64,000 nt of DNA from Clostridia bacterium (GCA_045650505.1 JAZRRE010000031.1:95885-159884); one strand, 5' to 3'; positions 49,601-57,509 are shown, numbered from the stretch's first letter. Notes: generated from the letters alone by a model not told the origin. Translations and numbers: made by a program.

Positions 49601-49762
49601 GAATTTGATAATTCACCTTCAGGAACAGGAGCAGATGCTTTATTTGCAGAAACGGAATTTCCGCCAAGTGAACCAGCAGGACAAACTGGATTGACCGCTG
49701 AAAAAGCAAAAGAAGAGGCTGAAATTGAAATAGCATTACTTGGAAAACAACCTCCAAAATAA
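46649..49762 (+). CDS. very large charged coiled-coil protein, unknown function (1037 aa)
   Basis: Uninterrupted ORF. Start trimmed to the ATG after GAGGTG. Lys/Glu-rich, no transmembrane segment, no recognisable enzymatic motif. Codon style changes near 47.5 kb. Confidence 0.8.
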   Translation: MADSISLKDKKLQRKQNQLKGKEFKQEQQANAEKEIKEMSADVQKDSRSSRLKSLSEAKKKEMLEEYERVVKKLKELELRNKKKEDFKYKFKNLNYFPTLNGHSVYSESMQSQAKADKDSISAMMAYGQLGAGFEVTFEQMTQYIRPERKQEFLALCKNNPELSHNLMGMTKVLQFYNQRDFTRAYAAMVFFGLENNMDLMETFLKVKFNADFKQQVDKFKLQIAMASSYEEKEIRTEAGTNVFSQHDAATTAILSSYTGKEVDFTSKEVRVKMFSSNKQEKSETKKIKEGQIQVLSDICKAAKEASGGDVEKFKKEAHKMLRTVVDAEKTEKRLDIVTKENKVVEGIKSGKITSVGLFGTTMDTETTLDTYTLITGAEKAKLDAKVEEDFQDIMFVSLTEEIEKRKKAMDENPTPENIAAYKQIMGVVKARNAARAEELKRPDKLLKKAREKLSKAETEEEKESLEIEIAELEFECKLDVFLDRKELENIKERQDSEKDNFTHMLQLKKMITEREMFLNEAKKAGRYKEGYALYPKLVQLEQMIGEMKELNRKKASANLGAIKDYKVNEKTSEWFSSFSVENHFNILNKTEIVQGVPDSTFEVIKDGLINGLSGQGTVDIGSSEIKESTLEQSEGGLDISTLLKGIGPQIRYYENNHPNGFSGWIDVEISKFETLIEQALSQIKSLPSENISEIQSLTADIEKYRRQIDIRLVYKSKYVEYIENEEKLKPSKGKTPEEKIQVALKKIDSKLRTPIDGRQEYIDELKPEEVPARITDKTIKNIVNMVLDLLSEINELELSNINEETLSKINIYLNKTSNLLEQLQGKISEEEFNALKGRKELLSENFKKLSEKSSKPNAGEELGSESRVESPQELVSLNINSIKILKREAVIRVLERKNISLETKFSRVATSETNGFDDTFEEFKYSKKGMRRFLANQRKNLENAIAAGENAEKIEELQAKIKRIEDRIRELEIEHKHLSSIRMEFDNSPSGTGADALFAETEFPPSEPAGQTGLTAEKAKEEAEIEIALLGKQPPK

Positions 49763-49764
49763 AA

Positions 49765-49800
49765 CAAAAACACACAGAATTTTCTGTGTGTTTTATTTTT
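49765..49800 (+). terminator. terminator after the 1037-aa gene
   Basis: Stem CACACAGAA/TTCTGTGTG followed by a T-run. Confidence 0.8.
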
Positions 49801-49843
49801 GACAAAATTCGAAGTTTGAAATTTCAAATAAAGAAATTGACTA

Positions 49844-49872
49844 TTGACATTAGAGTTTTTATTTTTTATAAT
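49844..49872 (+). promoter_or_regulatory. consensus promoter of the 212-aa gene
   Basis: TTGACA, a 17-nt spacer, then TATAAT. Confidence 0.65.
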
Positions 49873-49898
49873 GAAATTGTTTAGAGGGGAGGTGTGTG

Positions 49899-50537
49899 AT
49901 GGAAGACCAACTTACAGTTTCTGAAAAATTGGGGATTATTGACAATTTATTAGAAAATATTGTGTTTGATATTGGACATAAGGGGGCTAAATTTTACAAT
50001 ATTACCATAGAAGAAGAATTAGTAGATGGAATTAGCAGCCATACAGGAAAAGCTTTTTCGACTGATGGTGTTAATATTTTTGGTTTCACTTATGATGACA
50101 ATGGAGAAAGAAGTGGAATTGTTAGCAGGCTTTTGTCTGGAACTTATATAAAAGATAAAGGGGTTTCTCTTTACACAATACCTTTTGATGCCTTTTTTAT
50201 TCAAAACAATATTATGGATACGGTTGTTGATGCAACACATAGACCAGATTATACAAAAATGCATGGTAGATTTTGGAATACTTTAGCAAGAGTTACCATT
50301 ACTCCAGAAACAGATGTAATCGCTGCGGAAACACACGTGCAACCTTTTATTGATTGTTGTAATTTATGGAAAGATATGGATGATGAATTTACTGACAGGT
50401 TTATGTCGTTAACAACAAAAGCATATCAACAAGATATGAATATTGCATTTATTAATAAACTTTATGATTTTGCTAAAGATATGCCAATTCCGGCGTGTTT
50501 TGCAGATGATGGGGTTGCACCTAAAACAAAAATGTAA
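49899..50537 (+). CDS. hypothetical protein (212 aa)
   Basis: ATG at 49899 after AGAGGGGAGGTG (the ORF track uses the GTG at 49896). ATA/TTA/GGA-rich codons. No family recognised. Confidence 0.7.
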   Translation: MEDQLTVSEKLGIIDNLLENIVFDIGHKGAKFYNITIEEELVDGISSHTGKAFSTDGVNIFGFTYDDNGERSGIVSRLLSGTYIKDKGVSLYTIPFDAFFIQNNIMDTVVDATHRPDYTKMHGRFWNTLARVTITPETDVIAAETHVQPFIDCCNLWKDMDDEFTDRFMSLTTKAYQQDMNIAFINKLYDFAKDMPIPACFADDGVAPKTKM

Positions 50538-50541
50538 GAAT

Positions 50542-50572
50542 AAAAACTAGCAAGAAATTGCTAGTTTTTTTT
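50542..50572 (+). terminator. terminator after the 212-aa gene
   Basis: Stem CTAGCAA/TTGCTAG, then T8. Confidence 0.8.
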
Positions 50573-50619
50573 GTTGCATAAAATTGAGAAAGTTTGGATT
50601 GTTATTGAGAAATTGAGTA

Positions 50620-50656
50620 AAAAATAAAGAAAACCTCACACTAAATTGTGTGAGGT
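50620..50656 (-). terminator. terminator after the 211-aa minus-strand gene
   Basis: Stem CCTCACAC/GTGTGAGG followed by a T-rich run on the minus strand. Confidence 0.75.
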
Positions 50657-50665
50657 GATTTGTTT

Positions 50666-51301
50666 TTATTGACCTTCGCCATAAGTTGTTTTTAAATATT
50701 CTTCAGCATTGAAAGCACCATATCTGCCTTTGTTTTCCATAAGAGCATTTTCGGCAACAACTTTTTCGTTTAATGATTTAAGTTTGATTTTCATTGATTT
50801 TGGAAGTGCTGCATAAGCATTTCTAGCTTGTTCATCTTTATGTTTTCTTCTTTTTTCTGCATAAGATGGGAATCTTGGAGTTAAAAGGTCTGATGTGATG
50901 ATATCGGCAATTGCTTCTTCAGGAGCTTTGTCAATTGAATCACAGTATGTTACAAATGCAGGGTAGTCAAAAGTTGAACCTGTTGCACCCTCTTTTGGAT
51001 TGCAAATAACAGCAAAATCAAAGTCATTAAAAATTACTTCAAAGTTTTCGCAAACAACATTGGTGAAATCAACACCATTTTCATCTTGATATTTTTCGTG
51101 AGCAAGATAGCCAAAATCTGTGAAGAAATCAACAATTTCTTTATTTGAAAGTTTTGAAAGAAATGTGCGTTGTTTTGGTTTTCCATCAGCTTGAATAGGA
51201 ACTGATTTTTTTTGTGGAACGCCAAAAAGACTAGCACTTGCACGCGCTAATTCTTCTTTAGACACTTTAGACACTTTAGACACATTTCTAGAATTTGCCA
51301 T
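50666..51301 (-). CDS. hypothetical protein (211 aa) with an N-terminal VSKVSKVSK repeat
   Basis: RBS AAGAGGAGTG. No family recognised. Confidence 0.7.
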   Translation of the reverse strand: MANSRNVSKVSKVSKEELARASASLFGVPQKKSVPIQADGKPKQRTFLSKLSNKEIVDFFTDFGYLAHEKYQDENGVDFTNVVCENFEVIFNDFDFAVICNPKEGATGSTFDYPAFVTYCDSIDKAPEEAIADIITSDLLTPRFPSYAEKRRKHKDEQARNAYAALPKSMKIKLKSLNEKVVAENALMENKGRYGAFNAEEYLKTTYGEGQ

Positions 51302-51391
51302 AGAAAAAAATCACTCCTCTTAAAACTGTTATTATTATAACATATAAAATATGCTATTTCAAGATGGTTTTTTAAATTTTTATAAAAACTA

Positions 51392-51419
51392 TTGACAAAA
51401 CTTTTATAATGGTTATAAT
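51392..51419 (+). promoter_or_regulatory. rplJ-rplL promoter
   Basis: TTGACA, a 16-nt spacer, then TATAAT. Confidence 0.65.
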
Positions 51420-51425
51420 ATGTTT

Positions 51426-51577
51426 TGTTAAAAAGATTAGTGCCGAAGACAGCAAGTGAAGGGCAATCGCCATTCTTAATATCTTGCCGAGGAATATATG
51501 AGATAAAATGGTATCCTTATGTTCCTATGAGCATAAGGTTTTTTTAATGCTTCACACAAAAAATTTAGGAGGAAAAT
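51426..51577 (+). promoter_or_regulatory. ribosomal protein L10 leader-like 5' UTR with a terminator/attenuator hairpin
   Basis: About 150 nt of structured leader (…GTGCCGAAGACAGCAAGTGAAGGGCAATCGCC…). A hairpin CCTTATG/CATAAGG plus T7 lies at 51513-51546, just before the rplJ RBS. This matches the layout of the Firmicutes L10 leader as I recall it; no covariance model was run. Confidence 0.55.
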
Positions 51578-52069
51578 ATGTCAGCAAATTTTGAAAATAA
51601 GAAAGTAGTTGTAAGCGAAATCGAAGCTCTTGCTAAAGATGCTAAATCTATTGTGCTTGTTGACTATCGTGGTCTTTCAGTTGCTAATGCAACTGCACTT
51701 AGAAACGAAGTTAGAAATGCTGGTGGTGTTTACAAAGTTTACAAAAACCGACTCATGAAGATTGCTTTTGAAAAACTTGGTATTGCTTTCCCAGAATCTG
51801 ATTTTGAAGGCACAACAGCTGTTATATTCCATAACACTGACGAAGTTGCTCCTGCTAAAATTGCACTTGATGGTTTCACAAAATATGAAAAGAAATTAAA
51901 ATTAAAATCAGGTTTTGTAAGTGGAAAATACTTCAACACAGAAGAAATCACAGCACTTGCAAACATTCCATCAAGAGAAGTTTTGGTTGCTCAACTTCTT
52001 GGTTTGCTTACAAACCCTATGCGTTCTCTTGCTGTTGCTATCAGCGAAGTTGCTAAAAAGAATGCATAA
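51578..52069 (+). CDS. rplJ: 50S ribosomal protein L10
   Basis: VLVDYRGLSVANATALRNEVR. Position upstream of rplL. Confidence 0.95.
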   Translation: MSANFENKKVVVSEIEALAKDAKSIVLVDYRGLSVANATALRNEVRNAGGVYKVYKNRLMKIAFEKLGIAFPESDFEGTTAVIFHNTDEVAPAKIALDGFTKYEKKLKLKSGFVSGKYFNTEEITALANIPSREVLVAQLLGLLTNPMRSLAVAISEVAKKNA

Positions 52070-52136
52070 TTAAACAAATTAAAAACAAAAATTTAAATTA
52101 AAAAATAAAAAACAAAGTTTTAAGGAGAAAATTAAA

Positions 52137-52511
52137 ATGGCAGATATTAAAAAAATTATTGAAGATGTTAAAGCTATGACAGTTGTTGAACTTAACGACC
52201 TTGTTAAAGCTATTGAAGAAGAATTTGGAGTTTCTGCTGCAGCTATGGCTGTTGCTGCTCCAGCTGCTGGTGGCGCTGCTGCCGCTGCAGAAGAAGAAAA
52301 AACAGAATTCAACGTAGTTCTTACAGACGTTGGTGCAAACAAAATTGCAGTTATCAAAGTTGTTAGAGAAATCACAGGACTTGGTCTTGCTGAATCTAAA
52401 GCTATGGCTGAAACACCAAATTCAGTTATCAAAGAAGCTGTTGCTAAAGAAGCTGCAGAAGAAATGGTTAAGAAATTCGCTGAAGCTGGCGCTAAAGCTG
52501 AACTTAAGTAA
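52137..52511 (+). CDS. rplL: 50S ribosomal protein L7/L12
   Basis: Ala-rich hinge, then [19 protein letters not shown]. Confidence 0.97.
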   Translation: MADIKKIIEDVKAMTVVELNDLVKAIEEEFGVSAAAMAVAAPAAGGAAAAAEEEKTEFNVVLTDVGANKIAVIKVVREITGLGLAESKAMAETPNSVIKEAVAKEAAEEMVKKFAEAGAKAELK

Positions 52512-52540
52512 TTTTAGCTATACAAACAAAAGTGTGAAGG

Positions 52541-52572
52541 CAAAGAGTGAACAATTTGTTCACTCTTTTTTG
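52541..52572 (+). terminator. terminator after rplL
   Basis: Stem AGAGTGAACA/TGTTCACTCT, then T6. Confidence 0.85.
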
Positions 52573-52630
52573 TTGCCAAAATAAATTAGAAAGGTTAATA
52601 TATAATTATAATTGATTAAAGTGAGGGGAT

Positions 52631-53332
52631 ATGGACTTTATTGAAGAAATGTTGAATGATGAAGAAATTTTGTCACAGTATAGGTCGATTGATGCAACAA
52701 ATCATTATCCATCAAGCCACGGAATGAGGCATATTATGGGTGTTGTATCGCTTGCTGATAGACTTGGCAAACTTTTTAACTTCACTGAAAGAGAAATGCT
52801 TATTTTAAAGACCATTGAAATTTTGCATGACATTGGTCAAGTTGGTGGTGTTCGTGCAGGGCATTGGTTTAAGTCTGCTGATTTTGCAAGAGAGTATCTT
52901 CCAAAGAAAAATATTTTCACAAACGCAGAACTTGAAATGATTTATTCTGCAATTTCAACTCACGATGAATTTTTAGATTACACCAAGTTTGAAAATAAAT
53001 ATTCATGGTTTACTGCGTTTATTGACAAACTTGACATTTCAAAAACAAGACTTGAAGATAATGCTGAAGAAAAATTTGGTTATATTAATTCGGCAGACAT
53101 CGAACGACTTGATTTTTATTTAGAAAATGGTGTGTTTAAGATTGTGATTAGAACAATAGAGAACCCAAAAGTGATTGCTCCTGAAAACCTTTACAGCAGA
53201 AACTTAATCTGCAAAACAATGACTTTATTTAAGGGTTTTAGCGAACATTTTGGGCTTATTCCAAAGTTGTTTTTAGAAGATGAAGAACTTGATTTAGATA
53301 AATTTGACCACAATGCTATGATTGACAGATAG
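52631..53332 (+). CDS. HD-domain phosphohydrolase (233 aa)
   Basis: H...HD motif: HGMRHIMGV...ILHDIGQ. Confidence 0.7.
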   Translation: MDFIEEMLNDEEILSQYRSIDATNHYPSSHGMRHIMGVVSLADRLGKLFNFTEREMLILKTIEILHDIGQVGGVRAGHWFKSADFAREYLPKKNIFTNAELEMIYSAISTHDEFLDYTKFENKYSWFTAFIDKLDISKTRLEDNAEEKFGYINSADIERLDFYLENGVFKIVIRTIENPKVIAPENLYSRNLICKTMTLFKGFSEHFGLIPKLFLEDEELDLDKFDHNAMIDR

Positions 53333-53340
53333 GGGATTTT

Positions 53341-54204
53341 ATGAGAGATAATGATAAATGTTGGTGCAAAAGTGAAATAGAATATGCTTTGTGCCATAAA
53401 GAGTTTGATTTAAAACTTGAAGAATTGAAAAAAAGAGGAAAAATTGTTCCTCCAAGAAAACTTATTAAAACAAAAGAGCAGATTGAAGGAATTCGTGAAG
53501 CCGGAAGAATCAACTCACTCATTTTAGATAAGGTGGCAGAAAACATTCACGAAGGAATGTCAACTGAAGAAATTGACAAAATTGTTTTTGAAGAAACAAA
53601 AAGACTTGGTGGTCGTCCTGCTCCACTTGGTTATTGTGGGTTTCCAAAGTCCGTTTGCACATCAGTTAACGGTGTTGTTTGTCACGGCATTCCAAGCAAA
53701 AAGCAAATTTTGAAAGCCGGTGACATTGTTAATGTTGATTGCACAACCGAAGTTAATGGTTATTATGGCGACGCTTCAAGAATGTTTATTATTGGAGAAG
53801 CAAGTGAAGAAGCGAAAAAACTTGTTAGAGTAACAAAGGAATGTTTAGACTTTGCTTTTTCAAAACTTACTCCTTTTATGAATGTTGGTGATATTGGTCA
53901 TTATGTAAACAAAATGGCAAGGGCAAATGGCTATTCAGTAGTTAAAGAACTTGGTGGACATGGCGTTGGTCTTGCAATGCATGAAGACCCATTTGTTAAT
54001 CACACAGCAAAAATTGGAACAGGAATGGTGCTTGCACCGGGAATGGTGTTCACAATCGAGCCAATGATTAATGCTGGAAAAGCCGGTGTTTATATTGATG
54101 CAGATGATGGCTGGACAGTTCGAACACAAGACGGTTCACTTTCTGCTCAATGGGAATATACAATTTTAATGACTGAAACCGGTGCAGAAATTTTGTCTAA
54201 ATAG
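53341..54204 (+). CDS. map: type I methionine aminopeptidase with an N-terminal SEC-C-like zinc motif
   Basis: CWCKSEIEYALCH at the N-terminus. Metal-binding motifs VNVDCT..YYGDASRMF, GHGVGLAMHE, FTIEPM. Confidence 0.92.
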   Translation: MRDNDKCWCKSEIEYALCHKEFDLKLEELKKRGKIVPPRKLIKTKEQIEGIREAGRINSLILDKVAENIHEGMSTEEIDKIVFEETKRLGGRPAPLGYCGFPKSVCTSVNGVVCHGIPSKKQILKAGDIVNVDCTTEVNGYYGDASRMFIIGEASEEAKKLVRVTKECLDFAFSKLTPFMNVGDIGHYVNKMARANGYSVVKELGGHGVGLAMHEDPFVNHTAKIGTGMVLAPGMVFTIEPMINAGKAGVYIDADDGWTVRTQDGSLSAQWEYTILMTETGAEILSK

Positions 54205-54220
54205 CAAAAATGGGTCGGTA

Positions 54221-54249
54221 TTGATTATTCACTTTAATAGTGATATAAT
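54221..54249 (+). promoter_or_regulatory. promoter of the 130-aa / MazG-like / 97-aa unit
   Basis: TTGATT, a 17-nt spacer, then TGaTATAAT. Confidence 0.6.
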
Positions 54250-54274
54250 ATAGTTGCGATAAGGAGATAAAAAT

Positions 54275-54667
54275 ATGGCAATGATAATGAAAAAGGTTAA
54301 AGAATTCTTTTTTGGAAAAAAAGAAATAAAAACCACACCTGCAGAACTTAATCAAAAATTAAAAGAAATTCAAGATATGGTTGCAGCTTCGGCTGATATT
54401 GAGGAAATTAAAGCAAAAGTTACTTCTTTAGTTGCTGAATTAGACGCTCTTGACGCTCAAGTTGCTGATAATATTAAAGATTTGAATGGAAGAACAGGTT
54501 GGCTTGATAGAGAAGCTGTTAATATGGATTTGGCTCGTTTGCAAAAAGGTAAAAACCATTTAATAAAAGTGAGAACAAGTCTTGCAGAAACTGTTAAACC
54601 TTTAGGAATTGAAGTTAATGCTCCAACTTCTGGTGAAAATCAAAATGAAATTCATTTTGGGGGTTAA
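54275..54667 (+). CDS. hypothetical coiled-coil protein (130 aa)
   Basis: RBS AAGGAGA 7 nt upstream. No family recognised. Confidence 0.65.
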   Translation: MAMIMKKVKEFFFGKKEIKTTPAELNQKLKEIQDMVAASADIEEIKAKVTSLVAELDALDAQVADNIKDLNGRTGWLDREAVNMDLARLQKGKNHLIKVRTSLAETVKPLGIEVNAPTSGENQNEIHFGG

Positions 54668-54669
54668 TT

Positions 54670-54981
54670 ATGGAACTTAAAGAAATGCAAAAAAGGGTTT
54701 ATGAAAATAAACTTAAACATGGTTTTAACACCACAAATGTTGAGCGTGAGTTTTGCTTTTTAGAAGGCGAACTTTCAGAGGCATTTGAGGCTTATATCAA
54801 AAAGCACGATAATCTTGGTGAAGAACTTGCAGACACTGCAATTTATTTGCTTGGGCTTTCACAAATGCTTGGAATCGACCTTCAAGAAGAAGTTGAAAAA
54901 AAGATGAAAATTAACGAAAATCGTGAGTATGTTATGGTGAATGGTGTGCTTGTTAAAAAGGGCAGCAAAGACGACATTTAA
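54670..54981 (+). CDS. MazG-like all-alpha nucleotide pyrophosphohydrolase (103 aa)
   Basis: EGELSEAFEAY...LGEELADTAIYLLGL matches the EExxE...ExxD MazG-type metal-binding helices. Confidence 0.7.
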   Translation: MELKEMQKRVYENKLKHGFNTTNVEREFCFLEGELSEAFEAYIKKHDNLGEELADTAIYLLGLSQMLGIDLQEEVEKKMKINENREYVMVNGVLVKKGSKDDI

Positions 54982-54990
54982 AGGATAATT

Positions 54991-55284
54991 ATGGCAAAAA
55001 TTATATATAAAGAGTTGAGTGATGAAGTGCTTTTAGTTGAGTCACAAAACTTAATGAATGAAATTAAAGCATTTATGAATCATGATATTATTTCAACAAG
55101 AAAAATCAATGAACTTTCTAGCAAAGTTTATGAAATTTCTGGAGAACTTAATGTAAGAGGTGGCAGGTCTGCAGATGAAGAACTTGCACTTACAATGTTA
55201 TCAAGAAGAATTGACCTTGCTGAAGTGTTAATGAAATTAAAAAACAAGTGCAAAGAATCAAAATCTCAACCACAACCACAATAA
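54991..55284 (+). CDS. hypothetical helical protein (97 aa)
   Basis: RBS AAAGGA. Tightly packed after the MazG-like gene. No family recognised. Confidence 0.6.
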   Translation: MAKIIYKELSDEVLLVESQNLMNEIKAFMNHDIISTRKINELSSKVYEISGELNVRGGRSADEELALTMLSRRIDLAEVLMKLKNKCKESKSQPQPQ

Positions 55285-55320
55285 AAAAAGAAGATGGAAT
55301 TTTTCCATCTTCTTTTTTTG
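55283..55320. terminator. bidirectional terminator
   Basis: Stem AGAAGATGGAA/TTCCATCTTCT flanked by A7 and T7. Confidence 0.85.
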
Positions 55321-55346
55321 TGAGAGTTTTTTGAGTTTAATGAATA

Positions 55347-56258
55347 TTAAACACCTTCAACAAGCTTGATTGCGTGAGCAACTTGTTCTTTAACATTTGC
55401 TTTGCCGGCTTTGTTGTAATCTCTTTGGTCGAAATGTCCTGGGTTTTCAGCAAGGTCTTTTCTAACACCTGCTGTGTGAGCGAGTCGAAGGTCAGTGTCC
55501 ATATTGATTTTGCAGATTGCAGATTTGCTCATTTTAACAATATCTTCTTCGCTGATGCCTTGGCTCTTTTTGATTTCGCCACCATATTTAATGATTTCTT
55601 CAACCCATTTTGCTGGAACTGTTGAACTTCCGTGAGCAACGAGTGGAAGAGCAGGGAGTGCGTTGTGAACGCTTTCAATAACTGAATATTGAATAACAGG
55701 TGTTTTGATTGATTTGTTAACGCCGTGTGCTGTTCCAATAGAAATTGCAAGGCTGTCAACACCTGTTCTTGTTACGAAATCTTTTGCTTCATCTGGGTCT
55801 GTGAAACTTTCAGTGTCACTGTGAACCATATCTTCTGTTCCAATAATTTTTCCAAGTTCTGCTTCAACGGTAACATTTCTTGCGTGAGCGTAATCAACAA
55901 CTTGTTTTGTTACAGCAATATTTTCTTCATAAGAGAGATGTGAACCATCAATCATAACGCTGGTGAATCCTGCATCGATTGCTGCTTTGCAAGCCTCGAA
56001 AGTTTTTCCGTGGTCTAAATGAAGTGCAATATCATTTGAAGATTTTTTGCTTGCTGTTTCAACGATTGCACGAATGTAATCATAGCCAGCATATTTTCCT
56101 GCACCTTCAGAAACTGAAATGATTACAGGAACATTTTTTTCTGCTGCAACTTCAGCAACTGCTTGTGCAGACTCCATATTACAAATATTGAATGCTGGAA
56201 TAGCATAACCTTCAGCAAGTGCTTTTTCGAGCATTTTTTTGGTATTTACAAGTGCCAT
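55347..56258 (-). CDS. fba: class II fructose-1,6-bisphosphate aldolase
   Basis: MALVNTKKMLEKALAEGYAIPAFN, LHLDHG. Start trimmed to the ATG at 56258, preceded by AAGGAAGGA. Confidence 0.93.
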   Translation of the reverse strand: MALVNTKKMLEKALAEGYAIPAFNICNMESAQAVAEVAAEKNVPVIISVSEGAGKYAGYDYIRAIVETASKKSSNDIALHLDHGKTFEACKAAIDAGFTSVMIDGSHLSYEENIAVTKQVVDYAHARNVTVEAELGKIIGTEDMVHSDTESFTDPDEAKDFVTRTGVDSLAISIGTAHGVNKSIKTPVIQYSVIESVHNALPALPLVAHGSSTVPAKWVEEIIKYGGEIKKSQGISEEDIVKMSKSAICKINMDTDLRLAHTAGVRKDLAENPGHFDQRDYNKAGKANVKEQVAHAIKLVEGV

Positions 56259-56431
56259 AAATAATCCTTCCTTACATAAAATATAGATGTGCGAATTTAT
56301 TTTTGAAATTATACACAATATTATTATAGAATTTTCACAAAAATTTGCAAACAAATATTCAAACATTTGCTTTATTTAGATGATTAGTATAAAATCGAAA
56401 ATGTAAACAATAATATAAAAAGGAGATTATT

Positions 56432-57463
56432 ATGGCAAATATTAAAGTTGCAATTAACGGATTTGGTAGAATTGGTAGACTTGCATTCAGACAAATGTTT
56501 GGTGCTAAAGGCTATGAAATCGTTGCAATCAACGACCTCACAAGTCCAAAAATGCTTGCTCATCTTTTAAAATATGATTCTGCTCAAGGACCATATGCAC
56601 TTGCAAGCAAAGTTCAATCATCAGAAGAAGGCGCTGCTGAAGGCTGGATTTCAGTTGATGGACACAAAATTAGAATCTATGCAGAAAAAGACGCAGTTAA
56701 CTGCCCATGGAAAGCACTTGGCGTTGATGTAGTTTTAGAGTGCACAGGTTTCTATTGCTCAAAAGAAAAATCAATGGCTCACATTCAAGCTGGTGCTAAA
56801 AAGGTTATCATTTCTGCTCCTGCTGGAAAAGACCTTCCAACAATCGTTTATTCAGTTAACGAAAAAACATTAAAGAAAACAGACACAATCATTTCTGCTG
56901 CAAGCTGCACAACAAACTGCTTGGCTCCAATGGCAAAAGCACTTAACGATGCTTTCCCAATTCAATCAGGCATTATGACAACTGTTCACGCTTACACAGG
57001 TGACCAAATGGTTCTTGATGGTCCACACAGAAAAGGGGATTTAAGAAGAGCTAGAGCTGCTGCTGTTAACATTGTTCCAAACTCAACAGGTGCTGCAAAA
57101 GCTATTGGTCTTGTTATTCCTGAACTTGATGGCAAACTCATCGGTTCTGCACAACGTGTTCCTGTTCCAACAGGTTCAACAACACTTTTAGTTGCTGTTG
57201 TTAAAGGCAAAGATGTTACTGCTGAAGCAATCAATGCTGCAATGAAGAAGCAAGCTTCTCCATCATTCGGCTACAACACAGACCCAATCGTTTCTTGTGA
57301 TATCATTGGAAGCACATATGGTTCTATCTTCGATGCAACTCAAACAATGGTTACAAAAGTTGCTGAAGACCTTTATCAAGTTCAAGTTGTTGCTTGGTAT
57401 GACAACGAAAACTCTTACACATCACAAATGGTAAGAACAATTAAATATTTTGCTGAATTATAA
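56432..57463 (+). CDS. gap: glyceraldehyde-3-phosphate dehydrogenase
   Basis: INGFGRIGR, active site [17 protein letters not shown]. Confidence 0.97.
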   Translation: MANIKVAINGFGRIGRLAFRQMFGAKGYEIVAINDLTSPKMLAHLLKYDSAQGPYALASKVQSSEEGAAEGWISVDGHKIRIYAEKDAVNCPWKALGVDVVLECTGFYCSKEKSMAHIQAGAKKVIISAPAGKDLPTIVYSVNEKTLKKTDTIISAASCTTNCLAPMAKALNDAFPIQSGIMTTVHAYTGDQMVLDGPHRKGDLRRARAAAVNIVPNSTGAAKAIGLVIPELDGKLIGSAQRVPVPTGSTTLLVAVVKGKDVTAEAINAAMKKQASPSFGYNTDPIVSCDIIGSTYGSIFDATQTMVTKVAEDLYQVQVVAWYDNENSYTSQMVRTIKYFAEL

Positions 57464-57482
57464 TAAATTCAAACAAATAATT

Positions 57483-57509
57483 AAGCCGCCTTATGGGTGG
57501 CTTTTTTTA
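57483..57509 (+). terminator. terminator after gap
   Basis: Stem AAGCCGCC/GGTGGCTT (one G-U pair), then T7. Confidence 0.75.

Noticed and set aside
52079-52432. Long antisense ORFs opposite highly expressed genes (this one opposite rplL; also 45911-46282 opposite rplA, 21643-22005 opposite gyrA, 19822-20070, 32185-33063 and others)
   Set aside because: They have no RBS and produce low-complexity Ala/Ser/Ile-rich products. They lie exactly antisense to strongly supported conserved genes. This is the typical by-product of codon bias and the scarcity of stop codons on the antisense strand.
56259-56431. A cre-like or other operator site (TGAAATTATACACA; GCAAA…TTTGC) in the divergent fba/gap promoter region
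   Set aside because: The central CG of the cre consensus is missing, and the inverted repeat has only 5-bp arms in AT-rich DNA. This is not distinguishable from chance by eye.
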